The position numbers and the translations under genes were made by a program. This document shows, piece after piece, positions 1-9,435 of a DNA stretch of 64,000 nt (position 1 is its first letter; each line of letters opens with the position of its first letter). A model generated the notes under the pieces. The model searched no databases. It had not been told where the DNA came from and saw nothing but the letters and a program-made list of their open reading frames with translations. The stretch lies in the IMG/VR virus record IMGVR_UViG_3300029811_000161; one strand, given 5' to 3'. This DNA is from a virus.

Positions 1-64
1 CACCGATACATTCTTTACCTTGCACACATAAAACACCCGCTATAAACATCGTGGGGATCACATA

Positions 65-1321
65 ATGGCAAGAACACCTGGATCGAAAAACAAACTGAAG
101 ATTACTTATCGCTGCGAAGATTGTGGAGAGATCGGTTCATCGCCGAAGAAGTGTCCTGAGTGCGGGAGTCCGCATGTGCTCGAACTTAACAAACACGGCA
201 TACCGATAACTGACATGCAGAATGCCATCGGTGCACAACCAGAGATCCCGATGGTGATTGGCTCTGCGCCGGATATCATGGACCCTAACGCCGAGATGAA
301 GAAACTTGTCAGCGATGAGCAATCACAAGCAATCGCCGAGATGACGCTCGACAAGGTGAAAGCGAAGGCTGCTGAAGCTAAAGCGGAGAGAATACGTGCG
401 GAAGAAGAGCTCGGTCTAACTGAGAAAGGCTTCCGACCACCGAAAAAGGAAGAGCAAGAACAAGAAACGATGATGACGCCGCAGCGCACGATTGGTATGG
501 ATCCATCGATGTTGTTGCATGGGATTGGTAAGTGGGATCCAGAGGCAAGAAAGGATCTCTTCGATCGGTTGGCACAAGATGATGACTTCGCATTGAACTG
601 GTCAAGAGCATTCAACGCCATGCCACAGCAGCAAATGCCGATGAATGCCCAGCAGACGATGAATCCGTGGATGAACCCGATGATGATGGGACAACCGCAG
701 CAAGTGCAGCCGGAACCGGAATCAGCCTCATCGATGATGACTGCTGTTATCACTGCCGTGGCACAGATTCAGGAGCTATCTGGTGGGAAGGGCAACGATA
801 ACGCAGCACTTGAACGACTCATCGATAAGATGGATCGGATGGAGGAACGACATAATGAGCAAGCCGACGCCATGCGACAGCGAATCAGCGAGATCCAGCA
901 GAACCAGGGAAACAATCAGATCACACCACATGATGTACAAGCAATGATTCACTCGACAATCGCGAACTCGTCAACCGATCAACTTGCCGCAAGCATCGAA
1001 TCGATCAACGGGGTGGTAACGGGGTTACAAAGCCTCGGTGTTGTCCATCGTATTGACGATCGAGCAAGCGACAAAGAAGATTTTGAGCATGTGAAGTGGA
1101 ACAAGGAGTTCGAGCTCAAGAAATCGAAACACGAGTACGAGCGAAAACGTGAAGAAGACGAATCTTTGCAGCAAGCAAAAATCGAGCTCGCCAAGCAGGA
1201 GACGACGCAAGGGATGCTTAAGATGATGGTGGACGTGAACAAGGAGTCAGCGAAAGAGATCGACGAAGAGAAGGAGGAAGAGAAGCCAACATCGATGCCG
1301 ATGCGGTCGGTGGTATCATGA
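65..1321 (+). CDS. Hypothetical protein: N-terminal Zn-ribbon, Q/M/P-rich middle, coiled-coil C-terminal half
   Basis: CEDC..CPEC; MPQQQMPMNAQQTMNPWMNPMMMG; E/K/Q-rich helices. Confidence 0.8.
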   Translation: MARTPGSKNKLKITYRCEDCGEIGSSPKKCPECGSPHVLELNKHGIPITDMQNAIGAQPEIPMVIGSAPDIMDPNAEMKKLVSDEQSQAIAEMTLDKVKAKAAEAKAERIRAEEELGLTEKGFRPPKKEEQEQETMMTPQRTIGMDPSMLLHGIGKWDPEARKDLFDRLAQDDDFALNWSRAFNAMPQQQMPMNAQQTMNPWMNPMMMGQPQQVQPEPESASSMMTAVITAVAQIQELSGGKGNDNAALERLIDKMDRMEERHNEQADAMRQRISEIQQNQGNNQITPHDVQAMIHSTIANSSTDQLAASIESINGVVTGLQSLGVVHRIDDRASDKEDFEHVKWNKEFELKKSKHEYERKREEDESLQQAKIELAKQETTQGMLKMMVDVNKESAKEIDEEKEEEKPTSMPMRSVVS

Positions 1322-1998
1322 CCTCGATCACTGTATCCCCAGATGGACAGTGGTACATCGTGACGTTCTTCCCCGATGCGGTTGAGGAAAGCGTCGAAAC
1401 AAACGAGGAGAAAGGTTGGAAAGTGACAACCGGATTCCTCGATGGAGAGGGTGTGCCGATACGGGCGTACTACAGGCAGGACATGTACACACTCGATGAT
1501 GTCAAGAGATTCGCCGAAAACCTGCGAGAATGCGAGATCTGCAAACGACTCGGACGGGATATGAGCGTAACATCCATCGATGTTGCAAACAACTACAACC
1601 GTCGTGAACAACCCGCGTTTTCCGGTCCAGGAATCGGGTTGAACCGGAGACAGCAGCCAAGCGCACCGATCGGCGACGCCGGAAACGTGTTCATGGACAT
1701 GCTCTTCAACACGCTCGTAGATACGACTTTAACACCACTTGGTAAGATCATGACCGCCAAGATCACCGGGAACGATGCTCTGCTCGAGCAGGCACTTCCG
1801 AAGTCAGACGAAGAGGCGTTTAACATTACGGCAGACTACTTGTCAGCAGACACGCCGAAAAACATGATCTTCAGGAATCCGAAAGAGATGAAGGAGATCG
1901 CAACTGCCTTGCGGGCAAGAACACGGATGCCAGAAGAAGTCGAGGAGGAAGAGAAGAAGCCGGTGTATCGGCGTGCCCGAACAGTGATCATATCGTAA
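1318..1998 (+). CDS. Hypothetical protein coupled to the upstream ORF
   Basis: ATGA start/stop overlap, GGTGGT SD, 226 aa. Confidence 0.8.
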   Translation: MTSITVSPDGQWYIVTFFPDAVEESVETNEEKGWKVTTGFLDGEGVPIRAYYRQDMYTLDDVKRFAENLRECEICKRLGRDMSVTSIDVANNYNRREQPAFSGPGIGLNRRQQPSAPIGDAGNVFMDMLFNTLVDTTLTPLGKIMTAKITGNDALLEQALPKSDEEAFNITADYLSADTPKNMIFRNPKEMKEIATALRARTRMPEEVEEEEKKPVYRRARTVIIS

Positions 1999-2018
1999 AA
2001 CGGGTGCCCAGCGATGAA

Positions 2019-2282
2019 TCACTGAGCCGGTAACACGGTTTTCAATTTTGGATCATAAAAAACCTTTATGCCATTTATCCAAATTTCTCGTTTATTCCAA
2101 TCAACGAAAAAATGGCAGCATTGTTTAAATGTTCCATCTTCATGATGTTGTTTTGACCATCTGACAGTTGTACCCTTTTCAGGATATTCGTAGTCACTTA
2201 AAACTTCTTCGTTTGTAAGCAGTTCTTTAACAACCATGATATTATCTACTTGACCATCAAAAGGATGTTTGAGTTCTGTCAT
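2019..2282 (-). CDS. Hypothetical protein in AT-rich patch
   Basis: 87-aa ORF downstream of an RHH gene on the same strand. Confidence 0.6.
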   Translation of the reverse strand: MTELKHPFDGQVDNIMVVKELLTNEEVLSDYEYPEKGTTVRWSKQHHEDGTFKQCCHFFVDWNKREIWINGIKVFYDPKLKTVLPAQ

Positions 2283-2294
2283 ATCATCACCAAT

Positions 2295-2444
2295 TCAATC
2301 ATCTTGTCTCTCTTGTTCAAGTCTCTGTAACACCCATTGTCGCAATAACGTGCTGGTTGGTAGATACTTACTTTCAGCGATGTGTTCTATCTCGATGAGT
2401 CGATCGGTTTCTAATCGGATCGAAACGTTTTGTTTTTCTGTCAT
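2295..2444 (-). CDS. Ribbon-helix-helix (CopG-like) protein, 49 aa, below ORF-track cutoff
   Basis: Hand translation MTEKQNVSIRLETDRLIEIEHIAESKYLPTSTLLRQWVLQRLEQERQDD. Confidence 0.65.
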   Translation of the reverse strand: MTEKQNVSIRLETDRLIEIEHIAESKYLPTSTLLRQWVLQRLEQERQDD

Positions 2445-2509
2445 ATATCATAATTGTATTGCATTATACTTAAATGTGTCCATTGTCAAACCGTTGCATG
2501 AAATTGACG

Positions 2510-2528
2510 CAAACCTTTAAGTACCGTG
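2510..2528 (+). promoter_or_regulatory. Conserved promoter motif CAAACCTTTAAGTACCGTG
   Basis: Identical 19-mer on the minus strand at 26639-26657; near copy at 21061-21076; TATA-like TTTAAGTA core. Confidence 0.65.
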
Positions 2529-2728
2529 GCGACCAATCATAATATGTCGTCTGTGGATGGACGGCAAGCTCGTCGATGTGTTAATGCTTTCCGGCATTGT
2601 TGATGCCTTCCGGCATTTCTGTCCCCCTAAACCCCTAAACACATCGGCGAGCATACTTCGGCGCAGGTGCATCACAGGTCACCTCCTTACTGGCACCTGC
2701 GCCTTAAATTCGAGAGGAGACGCTCAAA

Positions 2729-3046
2729 ATGAACGACGAAGAATTGGAAGAACAGATTATTGCCGCGCTGCAAGACAAGCCGTTGCGCAGCGAGGAACTA
2801 TTATGCAGACTCGGGATAGAACCGGGTGGTGGTGAGTTGGTGCCTGCAATCCGGAACCTGATGAAACAGCGAATCATTAAAAGGCACGAAACATTCGTAT
2901 ACGAATTAAACGGAAAAATGTGTCGTTTATGCGGTGCGGATGTCATGGGTGACACTTCATTATTGAATTGTAATGATGTTGAGATCCCGGTATGCGATTC
3001 GTGCATCAGAGCGGTTCATCGTTTGTGCGACAGGAATCCCTGTTAA
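2729..3046 (+). CDS. Winged-helix-like protein with C-terminal Zn finger
   Basis: IIAALQDKPLRSEELLCRLG; CRLC...CDSC; GAGGAG SD. Confidence 0.65.
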   Translation: MNDEELEEQIIAALQDKPLRSEELLCRLGIEPGGGELVPAIRNLMKQRIIKRHETFVYELNGKMCRLCGADVMGDTSLLNCNDVEIPVCDSCIRAVHRLCDRNPC

Positions 3047-3113
3047 AATTTAGTAATGATTAGTTTTCATTAGCAGGTCTCCGAAGTTGGTAGACTTTGG
3101 TCGTTTTTGGTAG

Positions 3114-3395
3114 CTATTTCTTGATCCACCGATCGCCATCCGCATCGATCCAAACATCCCCATCCTTATGAAGCTTGAGCGATCCGAGGGGGATAAGCAG
3201 GTACAGATTGCCTTGGTCGATGTGGTAACTGCCACCGAACGCGTTCTCCTGATGCACGAAAAACGTTCTGTCGTCACCAAGGATCAAGTACTCATCTGGT
3301 TTGTCTTCGTGGACGTATGTGCCGGTTACGGACGACAGGCATCCACTCATTGATGCGGTGACGATTAGAAGTCCGAGGATGATTATTTTGTTCAT
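3114..3395 (-). CDS. Small lipoprotein
   Basis: MNK + hydrophobic stretch + lipobox-like SMSGC. Confidence 0.75.
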   Translation of the reverse strand: MNKIIILGLLIVTASMSGCLSSVTGTYVHEDKPDEYLILGDDRTFFVHQENAFGGSYHIDQGNLYLLIPLGSLKLHKDGDVWIDADGDRWIKK

Positions 3396-3589
3396 AACCT
3401 TGATAAAACCAGTTGTTTTTTTTCTGGGTTGTATGTTGCTATCACTTGATAACTTTTGAGCCGTCTTCCCATGTGATTATCATGTGGCAACAGGTCTACA
3501 ATATCATCTGAAAATTCTCTTGGAAAATAAATAGTTACTCCACCATCTTTAACTGGTGTTACACGGATAGCCAATTTATTTGCTTCCAT
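3392..3589 (-). CDS. AbrB/SpoVT-like small regulator (tentative)
   Basis: IRVTPVKDGGVTIYFPRE and YNPEKKQLVLSRL fit a swapped-hairpin pattern; divergent from the T4SS-like operon. Confidence 0.5.
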   Translation of the reverse strand: MEANKLAIRVTPVKDGGVTIYFPREFSDDIVDLLPHDNHMGRRLKSYQVIATYNPEKKQLVLSRL

Positions 3590-3632
3590 AGATACACAAT
3601 GATCCTAATCGCTTAAAAGTGTTTGTATTAGC

Positions 3633-3646
3633 AAAAGCTTTTATAC
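3633..3646 (+). promoter_or_regulatory. BRE/TATA-like promoter of the conjugation-like operon
   Basis: AAAAGCTTTTATAC about 24 nt upstream of ATG 3670. Confidence 0.5.
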
Positions 3647-3669
3647 TCTTACAAACATAACAAACTATC

Positions 3670-4089
3670 ATGGAGTTAAAAACACTTCAGAACCATGAAA
3701 ATCGGCGACCGTTGCTGATTGCAGTGAAATACTTGCTTGTGGCGGCGGTGATTTTCTGTTCGATTGGCATCGTGTCAGCAGCAAACGATACCAAGATCAC
3801 GTTGTACACGTCGGACGATATGGACAACGCGCAGAAGATCATCGATGACTCTGGCGTGGGTATCATAATCGCGCTTGTCGCGCTGACCGCCCAGTACGCC
3901 CCGATCTTGGCAGGCGTGCTACTCGTGATACTTGCCATAGTGGCGAGGATAGCAAATAACGCGGACGCCCATAAGGGAGCGCTCAAGGGAATCATGTTCA
4001 TAATTGGAATCATGTTTGTGTGGGTGATCTTCATCGCTATCGTGTCTCGCACAACCCCAGATATCAGCACGATCACATTCGGCGGGTGA
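3670..4089 (+). CDS. VirB2/TrbC-like pilin candidate
   Basis: Signal peptide (VSA-AN), two hydrophobic helices separated by a short basic loop; first gene of a VirB4 operon. Confidence 0.55.
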   Translation: MELKTLQNHENRRPLLIAVKYLLVAAVIFCSIGIVSAANDTKITLYTSDDMDNAQKIIDDSGVGIIIALVALTAQYAPILAGVLLVILAIVARIANNADAHKGALKGIMFIIGIMFVWVIFIAIVSRTTPDISTITFGG

Positions 4090-4099
4090 GTGTGATCTC

Positions 4100-5071
4100 A
4101 TGCGCCGAATGCTTCTTTTATTCATGCTGATCTTGATGCCGACGGTGATGGCAGAGATCGATGATTCGATCTTCGATGTACTCGACATGGATTTCTTCGA
4201 CGGTGACTGGAGCATCGTGTCGGGACATGGCACGCCAGTGAAAACCGTGCAGGCAAATGGCAATATCAGGGGATGGATCGACATTGTGGGGTTCGAGAAC
4301 ATGTGTAATATCGGTGGCAAGAACTACGTGGACGGCGATCCAGATGATTTGGCGATTGTGAAATACGGCGCATGGGACACGATCGATGGATGGAACTCGA
4401 ACGTGGACCACTTCAAAAAGACGCGTTCGGTCACATGCGACGGTGAGAACGTGACAGCGAAGCTTCATCTCGATCTGCTATGGCATACATCGAGGTTGCG
4501 TTGTTCATGCAGTCCGGAAGGTGGATGCCACTGCTGGATATCGAAGACCTATCATCGTGAGACCGCGAATTTCCATGTCAGCGAACCATGCCCGAACATG
4601 CTGACTCCAATCGAAAACGTAACCGCGAAAATAACATTTTACAATCATTCACGATCACCTGTGGCGTTCATCGATGTCGAACCCCCTGAATACGTGATCA
4701 AGACAATATTCACATACAACAACTCATCAATCACCAGACACGACCTTGTTGGATGGGTGCTGAGCACAACCGAAGGCACAGAGTATGTCGGTTTCTCAAG
4801 CAATTCGACAGTGTGGCAGATTGACAAAAACCAGAGTATGATAACCCGCCGAGGAAATTCAGTGGTCATCAGAGATCGGCACTTCAATCTGTCGAAACTC
4901 AACATTTCGATGGACACTCCGTACTCGCGGCATTATATCGGGAACCTGACAATGACCATGGTCGAACCCGCCAAGCCGAAAGTCGGGGTTCTCGCTAAAA
5001 TACTCATGGTATTGTCTGTATCGGTCATCGGAATAATCATGATTGTGGGGGTGGTCAGACGAAGTTTCTAA
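4100..5071 (+). CDS. Exported protein with C-terminal membrane anchor
   Basis: N-terminal signal peptide, Cys cluster CSCSPEGGCHC, C-terminal TM helix followed by RRSF. Confidence 0.75.
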   Translation: MRRMLLLFMLILMPTVMAEIDDSIFDVLDMDFFDGDWSIVSGHGTPVKTVQANGNIRGWIDIVGFENMCNIGGKNYVDGDPDDLAIVKYGAWDTIDGWNSNVDHFKKTRSVTCDGENVTAKLHLDLLWHTSRLRCSCSPEGGCHCWISKTYHRETANFHVSEPCPNMLTPIENVTAKITFYNHSRSPVAFIDVEPPEYVIKTIFTYNNSSITRHDLVGWVLSTTEGTEYVGFSSNSTVWQIDKNQSMITRRGNSVVIRDRHFNLSKLNISMDTPYSRHYIGNLTMTMVEPAKPKVGVLAKILMVLSVSVIGIIMIVGVVRRSF

Positions 5072-5079
5072 CGTCGTTT

Positions 5080-6012
5080 ATGATCTTGCTTTTGATATGC
5101 CCAATCGCATCGGCAGATCTCGACGGATCGACCGTAGGCGCAAGGATGGTGCAGAAGGGATTGGAGTTTTTCATGTGTGGACTCGCGGATGGTCTGTATG
5201 AAATTGGATATCGCCCCCCCGGACATAACGGAACAATGAACGGAACCACGACGGAGATGTACATCTATGAATTGAATACACACACTTATGATCCGTTCAA
5301 GCACGACACGGTGAACGCTTTCAGGGGAATGTGTTTTATTGTGCTCGTCGTCGCAGCAGTGCTGTATGCGGCGATCGGCGGGATGTATGTGATAGCGTGT
5401 GTGGTCGGAGCGGCGACCGTGGTCGATGGCGTTCTTAATCGCAGTTCATCATATCGGACGATGAGGATCAAGGAGTATTTCGAGAATCTGGCGGTTGCCA
5501 TAGGTGTGATAGCATTCACCGATCTGTATATCATCGCAATACTTATGATAAACTTTCTGATCGTGTCATTCTTGATGGTAGGGCTGATAACTACCACACC
5601 GATCGCAACATTCCAAGACAATGGTTGGTTGTACCTGTCGATGGCGGTAGCATACGTCACCGAGTTCGGGTTCATGATTGCCCGGGCGATACTCATATTC
5701 ATGTTCGCAGCATCGGGGCGACTGATCGGGGTGCTTCTAATCCCGAACAAAACACGGTCGTTCGGGATGTCGATTGTGTATTACCTCACTGGCATAGTGT
5801 TTCTACAAACTGTGCTCGTTGGAATCACAACGGTTGGATACATCGCCATCGACGCGATAGCGAAAGACAACTCGGTCATGCCCGGCTCTCCAGTCGAGGG
5901 ACTCATGTACTGCGTGCTAATCGTAATCCTGATCGTTGCGTCACTCCTGATCATGGTGGGGCTTGTCAGAATGAAGAGCACGGTGATGACAACAGTCAAA
6001 ATGGTGATATAA
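5080..6012 (+). CDS. VirB6/TrbL-like polytopic membrane protein
   Basis: About 6-7 hydrophobic segments; position in the VirB4 operon. Confidence 0.6.
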   Translation: MILLLICPIASADLDGSTVGARMVQKGLEFFMCGLADGLYEIGYRPPGHNGTMNGTTTEMYIYELNTHTYDPFKHDTVNAFRGMCFIVLVVAAVLYAAIGGMYVIACVVGAATVVDGVLNRSSSYRTMRIKEYFENLAVAIGVIAFTDLYIIAILMINFLIVSFLMVGLITTTPIATFQDNGWLYLSMAVAYVTEFGFMIARAILIFMFAASGRLIGVLLIPNKTRSFGMSIVYYLTGIVFLQTVLVGITTVGYIAIDAIAKDNSVMPGSPVEGLMYCVLIVILIVASLLIMVGLVRMKSTVMTTVKMVI

Positions 6013-6828
6013 ATGAGAACATCAAAATCAGTACGAAACAATGTGTTCGGGCGGCTAACCCTTGACCAGATGATCGTCGCGATAATCGCATTATCGATTG
6101 TCGTCGGATTCCTTAAGTTCGCAATAGCAACGAACGGAATGATCCGGCTTGGATGTTTTATAATTGCGCTGGCAATTCTGTTGCTGTACATCGGTTTCTT
6201 CATGAAAGAATCTGTCTTATACAACTCGCTCGCATTGATACGATATGGTTTCGATTATGCGAACGGCGGAACCGAGATCACGAAGCATTCGTGTAGCACG
6301 GCATACTTGAAGAAGAACGCCCGGCTGCCGATCGAAGGGATCAGGGAACGTGGGATCATAGAGTTCAGCGAGAAGCAATACGGGTTGTTGTTGCGGTTGC
6401 ACCCGCCGCGCAGAAACGACCAACTGCAAGCATATATAAATCGGCTTAAAATGGTCGTGGACTCGATCCCCGACGGAATAATGCTCAAGACGCACACATT
6501 CAGCGTTATCGAAGCGAAGCATCCGCTCATCGACCAGATACGAACCGCGATCATCGACAAGGGTACATCGAAAGAGAAAAAGAAGTATTTGCATTCCCAA
6601 CACACAGCGGCACGTAACCAACCACCCACGATCGGATGGATGAGCTACGGGGTCATCGGGTTCGGAAAGCACAAGAAAATGGACGCCGTGATAGCTGTAT
6701 ATGACACGCAGGCGGCGGGGGTCATGAAAGCACTTGCCGACGCAGGCATTCACGGCGACATAATCGACGACGAATACGACATCCTGCTTGCGTATCGTCA
6801 GATGCTATCGATGAGGAGGGTCTACTGA
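6013..6828 (+). CDS. VirB3/PrgI-like membrane protein with cytoplasmic domain
   Basis: Two N-terminal TM helices after FGRLTLDQ; directly precedes the ATPase. Confidence 0.55.
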   Translation: MRTSKSVRNNVFGRLTLDQMIVAIIALSIVVGFLKFAIATNGMIRLGCFIIALAILLLYIGFFMKESVLYNSLALIRYGFDYANGGTEITKHSCSTAYLKKNARLPIEGIRERGIIEFSEKQYGLLLRLHPPRRNDQLQAYINRLKMVVDSIPDGIMLKTHTFSVIEAKHPLIDQIRTAIIDKGTSKEKKKYLHSQHTAARNQPPTIGWMSYGVIGFGKHKKMDAVIAVYDTQAAGVMKALADAGIHGDIIDDEYDILLAYRQMLSMRRVY

Positions 6829-9308
6829 TGAATAAACTTTTCAGGAAAGTTCGCGACTATCAGAAGGCGGGGCAGTACAAAGCCCAAGTAAAAGAATTTG
6901 AGAAACTGGGGAGAGAGCGATGGCGGACGGTGGCACGAGACATTGCCCCATCACATATCAAATACCGCCCAACATACGTGAAATGCGACGACACGCTGAT
7001 CAAGTACATCTTGGTCGGCGTGACCCGGCACGGCACCCGAGGACTGCCTAAGAAGCTTACGCAGGACATTGTGAGCGACCTTCAGGATGTGACGCTTGGG
7101 AACTACACGATCGGAATCACGTCGTGCGTCGAACCGATCCCAGCACCCGAGACGAACCGGATGCTGGCAGAGGCTGAAGACATGAACCTCGGGAACCGCA
7201 AGGTCGAGCAGGAATCAAATAAGAGCACGTATGTTTCAGCGGACACTCGTTTTGATATGGACGACATCAACGAGACGATCCGAGCGATTCATGACAAGAC
7301 CGATAAGCTGATAGGATTCACTGAAATTATCTCGATCCGGGCAGAGGATGAAACCTCAATGCGTAATGCGATTGGGCATGTGCTTCAAGTTCTAGATAAC
7401 CACGGTGTCAGGGCGGAACAGCCTGTGGGAACTACGAAGGACATGCTGCAAACCTCGATGCCATTTCCGTTCATGCCGACATGGACACAATCAGAGTCTT
7501 TGAGCCATCAGGTTGCGACGTTCCTCGCGATCACGAACATCAACAGCGAGACAGACGAGCGGGGGCTTCGGTATGGCGACGACATGGTAACCGGCGACCC
7601 GATAATCGTCGATCTCGAAAGACTCCCAGCGATGCACCACCTATTTGTCGGCGAGACGGGGTCCGGGAAGACCACGGCGGTACTCGCGTATCTACAGCGG
7701 TTGTGCATCCAGCTCGGCTTTAATGTCGTTCTGGTGACTCCCAAGAAGGACGACCTCACAAACTACCGAAACGTCGCCGCATCGCTTGGTGACGATGCCG
7801 AGATCATCGACATCGGACCGAAGGCGGACAACATCAATCCGTTGCAGATTGTATACAATCCTGAATACATCGGTGATCATCCTTACGATTGGGCAGCAGT
7901 CGTGCACAACCATGTGAGCCTTGTTGTGCGGTTTTTCACAGCGTTCCTTGAAGACGGGATGACTGCCCCAAAAAGGAGCTACATCAACGAGTCGCTCATC
8001 AGACTATACAAGAATTGCGGCATCGATGTGAGCCGTCCTGAAACACTGAAGCAGTCGCTCGCCATTGGTAATTTCCCGTGCATGAATGATCTGATTGAGT
8101 TGTGGAAACAGGATCTCGGCGAAGCAGGATACACGGCGAGAGTACAGACGATTGACTCGATGATTTCAAACACGTTTCAATTATCATCAACTGGATCACT
8201 GGCGTACATGAATAAACCATCATCGATATCAGTTGATAAGGAGTTCACCGTGATCGACGTGTCCGGGGTTCCGCCGGAAGCCCTCGACGCCATGAATGTA
8301 TTTGTTACTGGGTTGATGTGGCAGAAGTTCAGGAACACTCGAAAGAGCGGAAAGCCGACCATGATCGTGATCGATGAGGCGAGGGTCTTCTTGCAGGATA
8401 AGACTCTGATGATGCAACTCACACAAGCAAGGTCAGAAGATGTTGGGATTGGGTTCTGCATCCAGCAGCTCGCGGATCTGACGATGCACAAAGTCGAGGA
8501 CATCGTGAAGACGAACGTATTTGTAAACGTCGTCTTCGGTCCTGGGGGCGATGCTGGCAAACTCTCGCTTGTATCCAAATATTTCAATCTTACCGATGAG
8601 GATGGTACACGGTGGATACAGTGCAACACCGGAGAGGCGATGTTGATAGTCCGGGGACGCAAGACGCCGATCAAAATCACCTTAACCGACTACGAGCTCG
8701 CGGTGATCAAGGGCACCGAAAAAACTAACATCGAAGATCCAGAATACCAACCGCCTGCTATTGCTTTCGGGATTGATGAGCAGGTGCGGGCATTGGTGGA
8801 TGAACACGACGTCTGCCTTGATTTGTGGACGTCCGGAGATGCCGGGCACTACTTCGGAGCGCTCGGATGGCAGACACACTCAACACAGGACGCGTTCTCT
8901 GCTGGAAAGGTCAGGACGTGGGTGAAGCCCGGCAAAATCAAGAACGGGCACATACTCAACCAGACTACCGATCACTACATGACCGTCGTTCAGATCGCTG
9001 GAAAACTGCTGGTATCGGGCATCGATGATGTGGTCGTGTCGCACCACGACAGCGTAGACGTGTCGGCGCAGATCCGCGATGAACGGATCGCGTTCGAGTA
9101 CGAACGTCCTAGCTCCCACACGAAGGATGAACTCACGGGCAAGCTTTTGGCGGCGGAAACCAACCACAGTCGCTGTTATTTCGTTGGCAGCACAGCGAAC
9201 GAAGGGTTGCTCAAAAACGCAGTCGGCGAGCACAATGTCATCAAGCGTGGTGCAAGCCTAAAACAGCTAATCGACATACTAACACACCAATCAAATCAGG
9301 AGGTATAA
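6828..9308 (+). CDS. virB4: VirB4/TraC-like P-loop ATPase with extra C-terminal PD-(D/E)xK-like domain
   Basis: Walker A GETGSGKT, Walker B MIVIDEAR, INPLQI motif, 826 aa; C-terminal VDV...IAFEYE. Confidence 0.8.
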   Translation: MNKLFRKVRDYQKAGQYKAQVKEFEKLGRERWRTVARDIAPSHIKYRPTYVKCDDTLIKYILVGVTRHGTRGLPKKLTQDIVSDLQDVTLGNYTIGITSCVEPIPAPETNRMLAEAEDMNLGNRKVEQESNKSTYVSADTRFDMDDINETIRAIHDKTDKLIGFTEIISIRAEDETSMRNAIGHVLQVLDNHGVRAEQPVGTTKDMLQTSMPFPFMPTWTQSESLSHQVATFLAITNINSETDERGLRYGDDMVTGDPIIVDLERLPAMHHLFVGETGSGKTTAVLAYLQRLCIQLGFNVVLVTPKKDDLTNYRNVAASLGDDAEIIDIGPKADNINPLQIVYNPEYIGDHPYDWAAVVHNHVSLVVRFFTAFLEDGMTAPKRSYINESLIRLYKNCGIDVSRPETLKQSLAIGNFPCMNDLIELWKQDLGEAGYTARVQTIDSMISNTFQLSSTGSLAYMNKPSSISVDKEFTVIDVSGVPPEALDAMNVFVTGLMWQKFRNTRKSGKPTMIVIDEARVFLQDKTLMMQLTQARSEDVGIGFCIQQLADLTMHKVEDIVKTNVFVNVVFGPGGDAGKLSLVSKYFNLTDEDGTRWIQCNTGEAMLIVRGRKTPIKITLTDYELAVIKGTEKTNIEDPEYQPPAIAFGIDEQVRALVDEHDVCLDLWTSGDAGHYFGALGWQTHSTQDAFSAGKVRTWVKPGKIKNGHILNQTTDHYMTVVQIAGKLLVSGIDDVVVSHHDSVDVSAQIRDERIAFEYERPSSHTKDELTGKLLAAETNHSRCYFVGSTANEGLLKNAVGEHNVIKRGASLKQLIDILTHQSNQEV

Positions 9309-9435
9309 GCATGGTATTAAAACAAAACAAGACACGAGAACCGGCGGATGCTGCCGGCACTATAGCCAGAGGCTACAGAAACACACGGCGAACACGGATA
9401 CGAAAGCTCGCATCGCTGATAGATGGTGATAACTG

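Noticed and set aside
106-753. Long antisense ORFs in the track (e.g. 106-753, 979-1611, 25622-26137, 42147-42611, 56325-56807)
   Set aside because: They are shadows of well-supported genes on the opposite strand, lack SDs and have atypical S/C-rich composition.
2590-2618. TCCGGCAT shared between the 2.6 kb leader and the 22.3 kb hairpins as a common motif
   Set aside because: The 8-mer also occurs in coding DNA (e.g. near 29212 and 48058), so the excess over chance is small.
2679-2688. TCACCTCCTT as a 16S rRNA 3' fragment
   Set aside because: Only 10 nt; the flanks show no rRNA helix 45 sequence.
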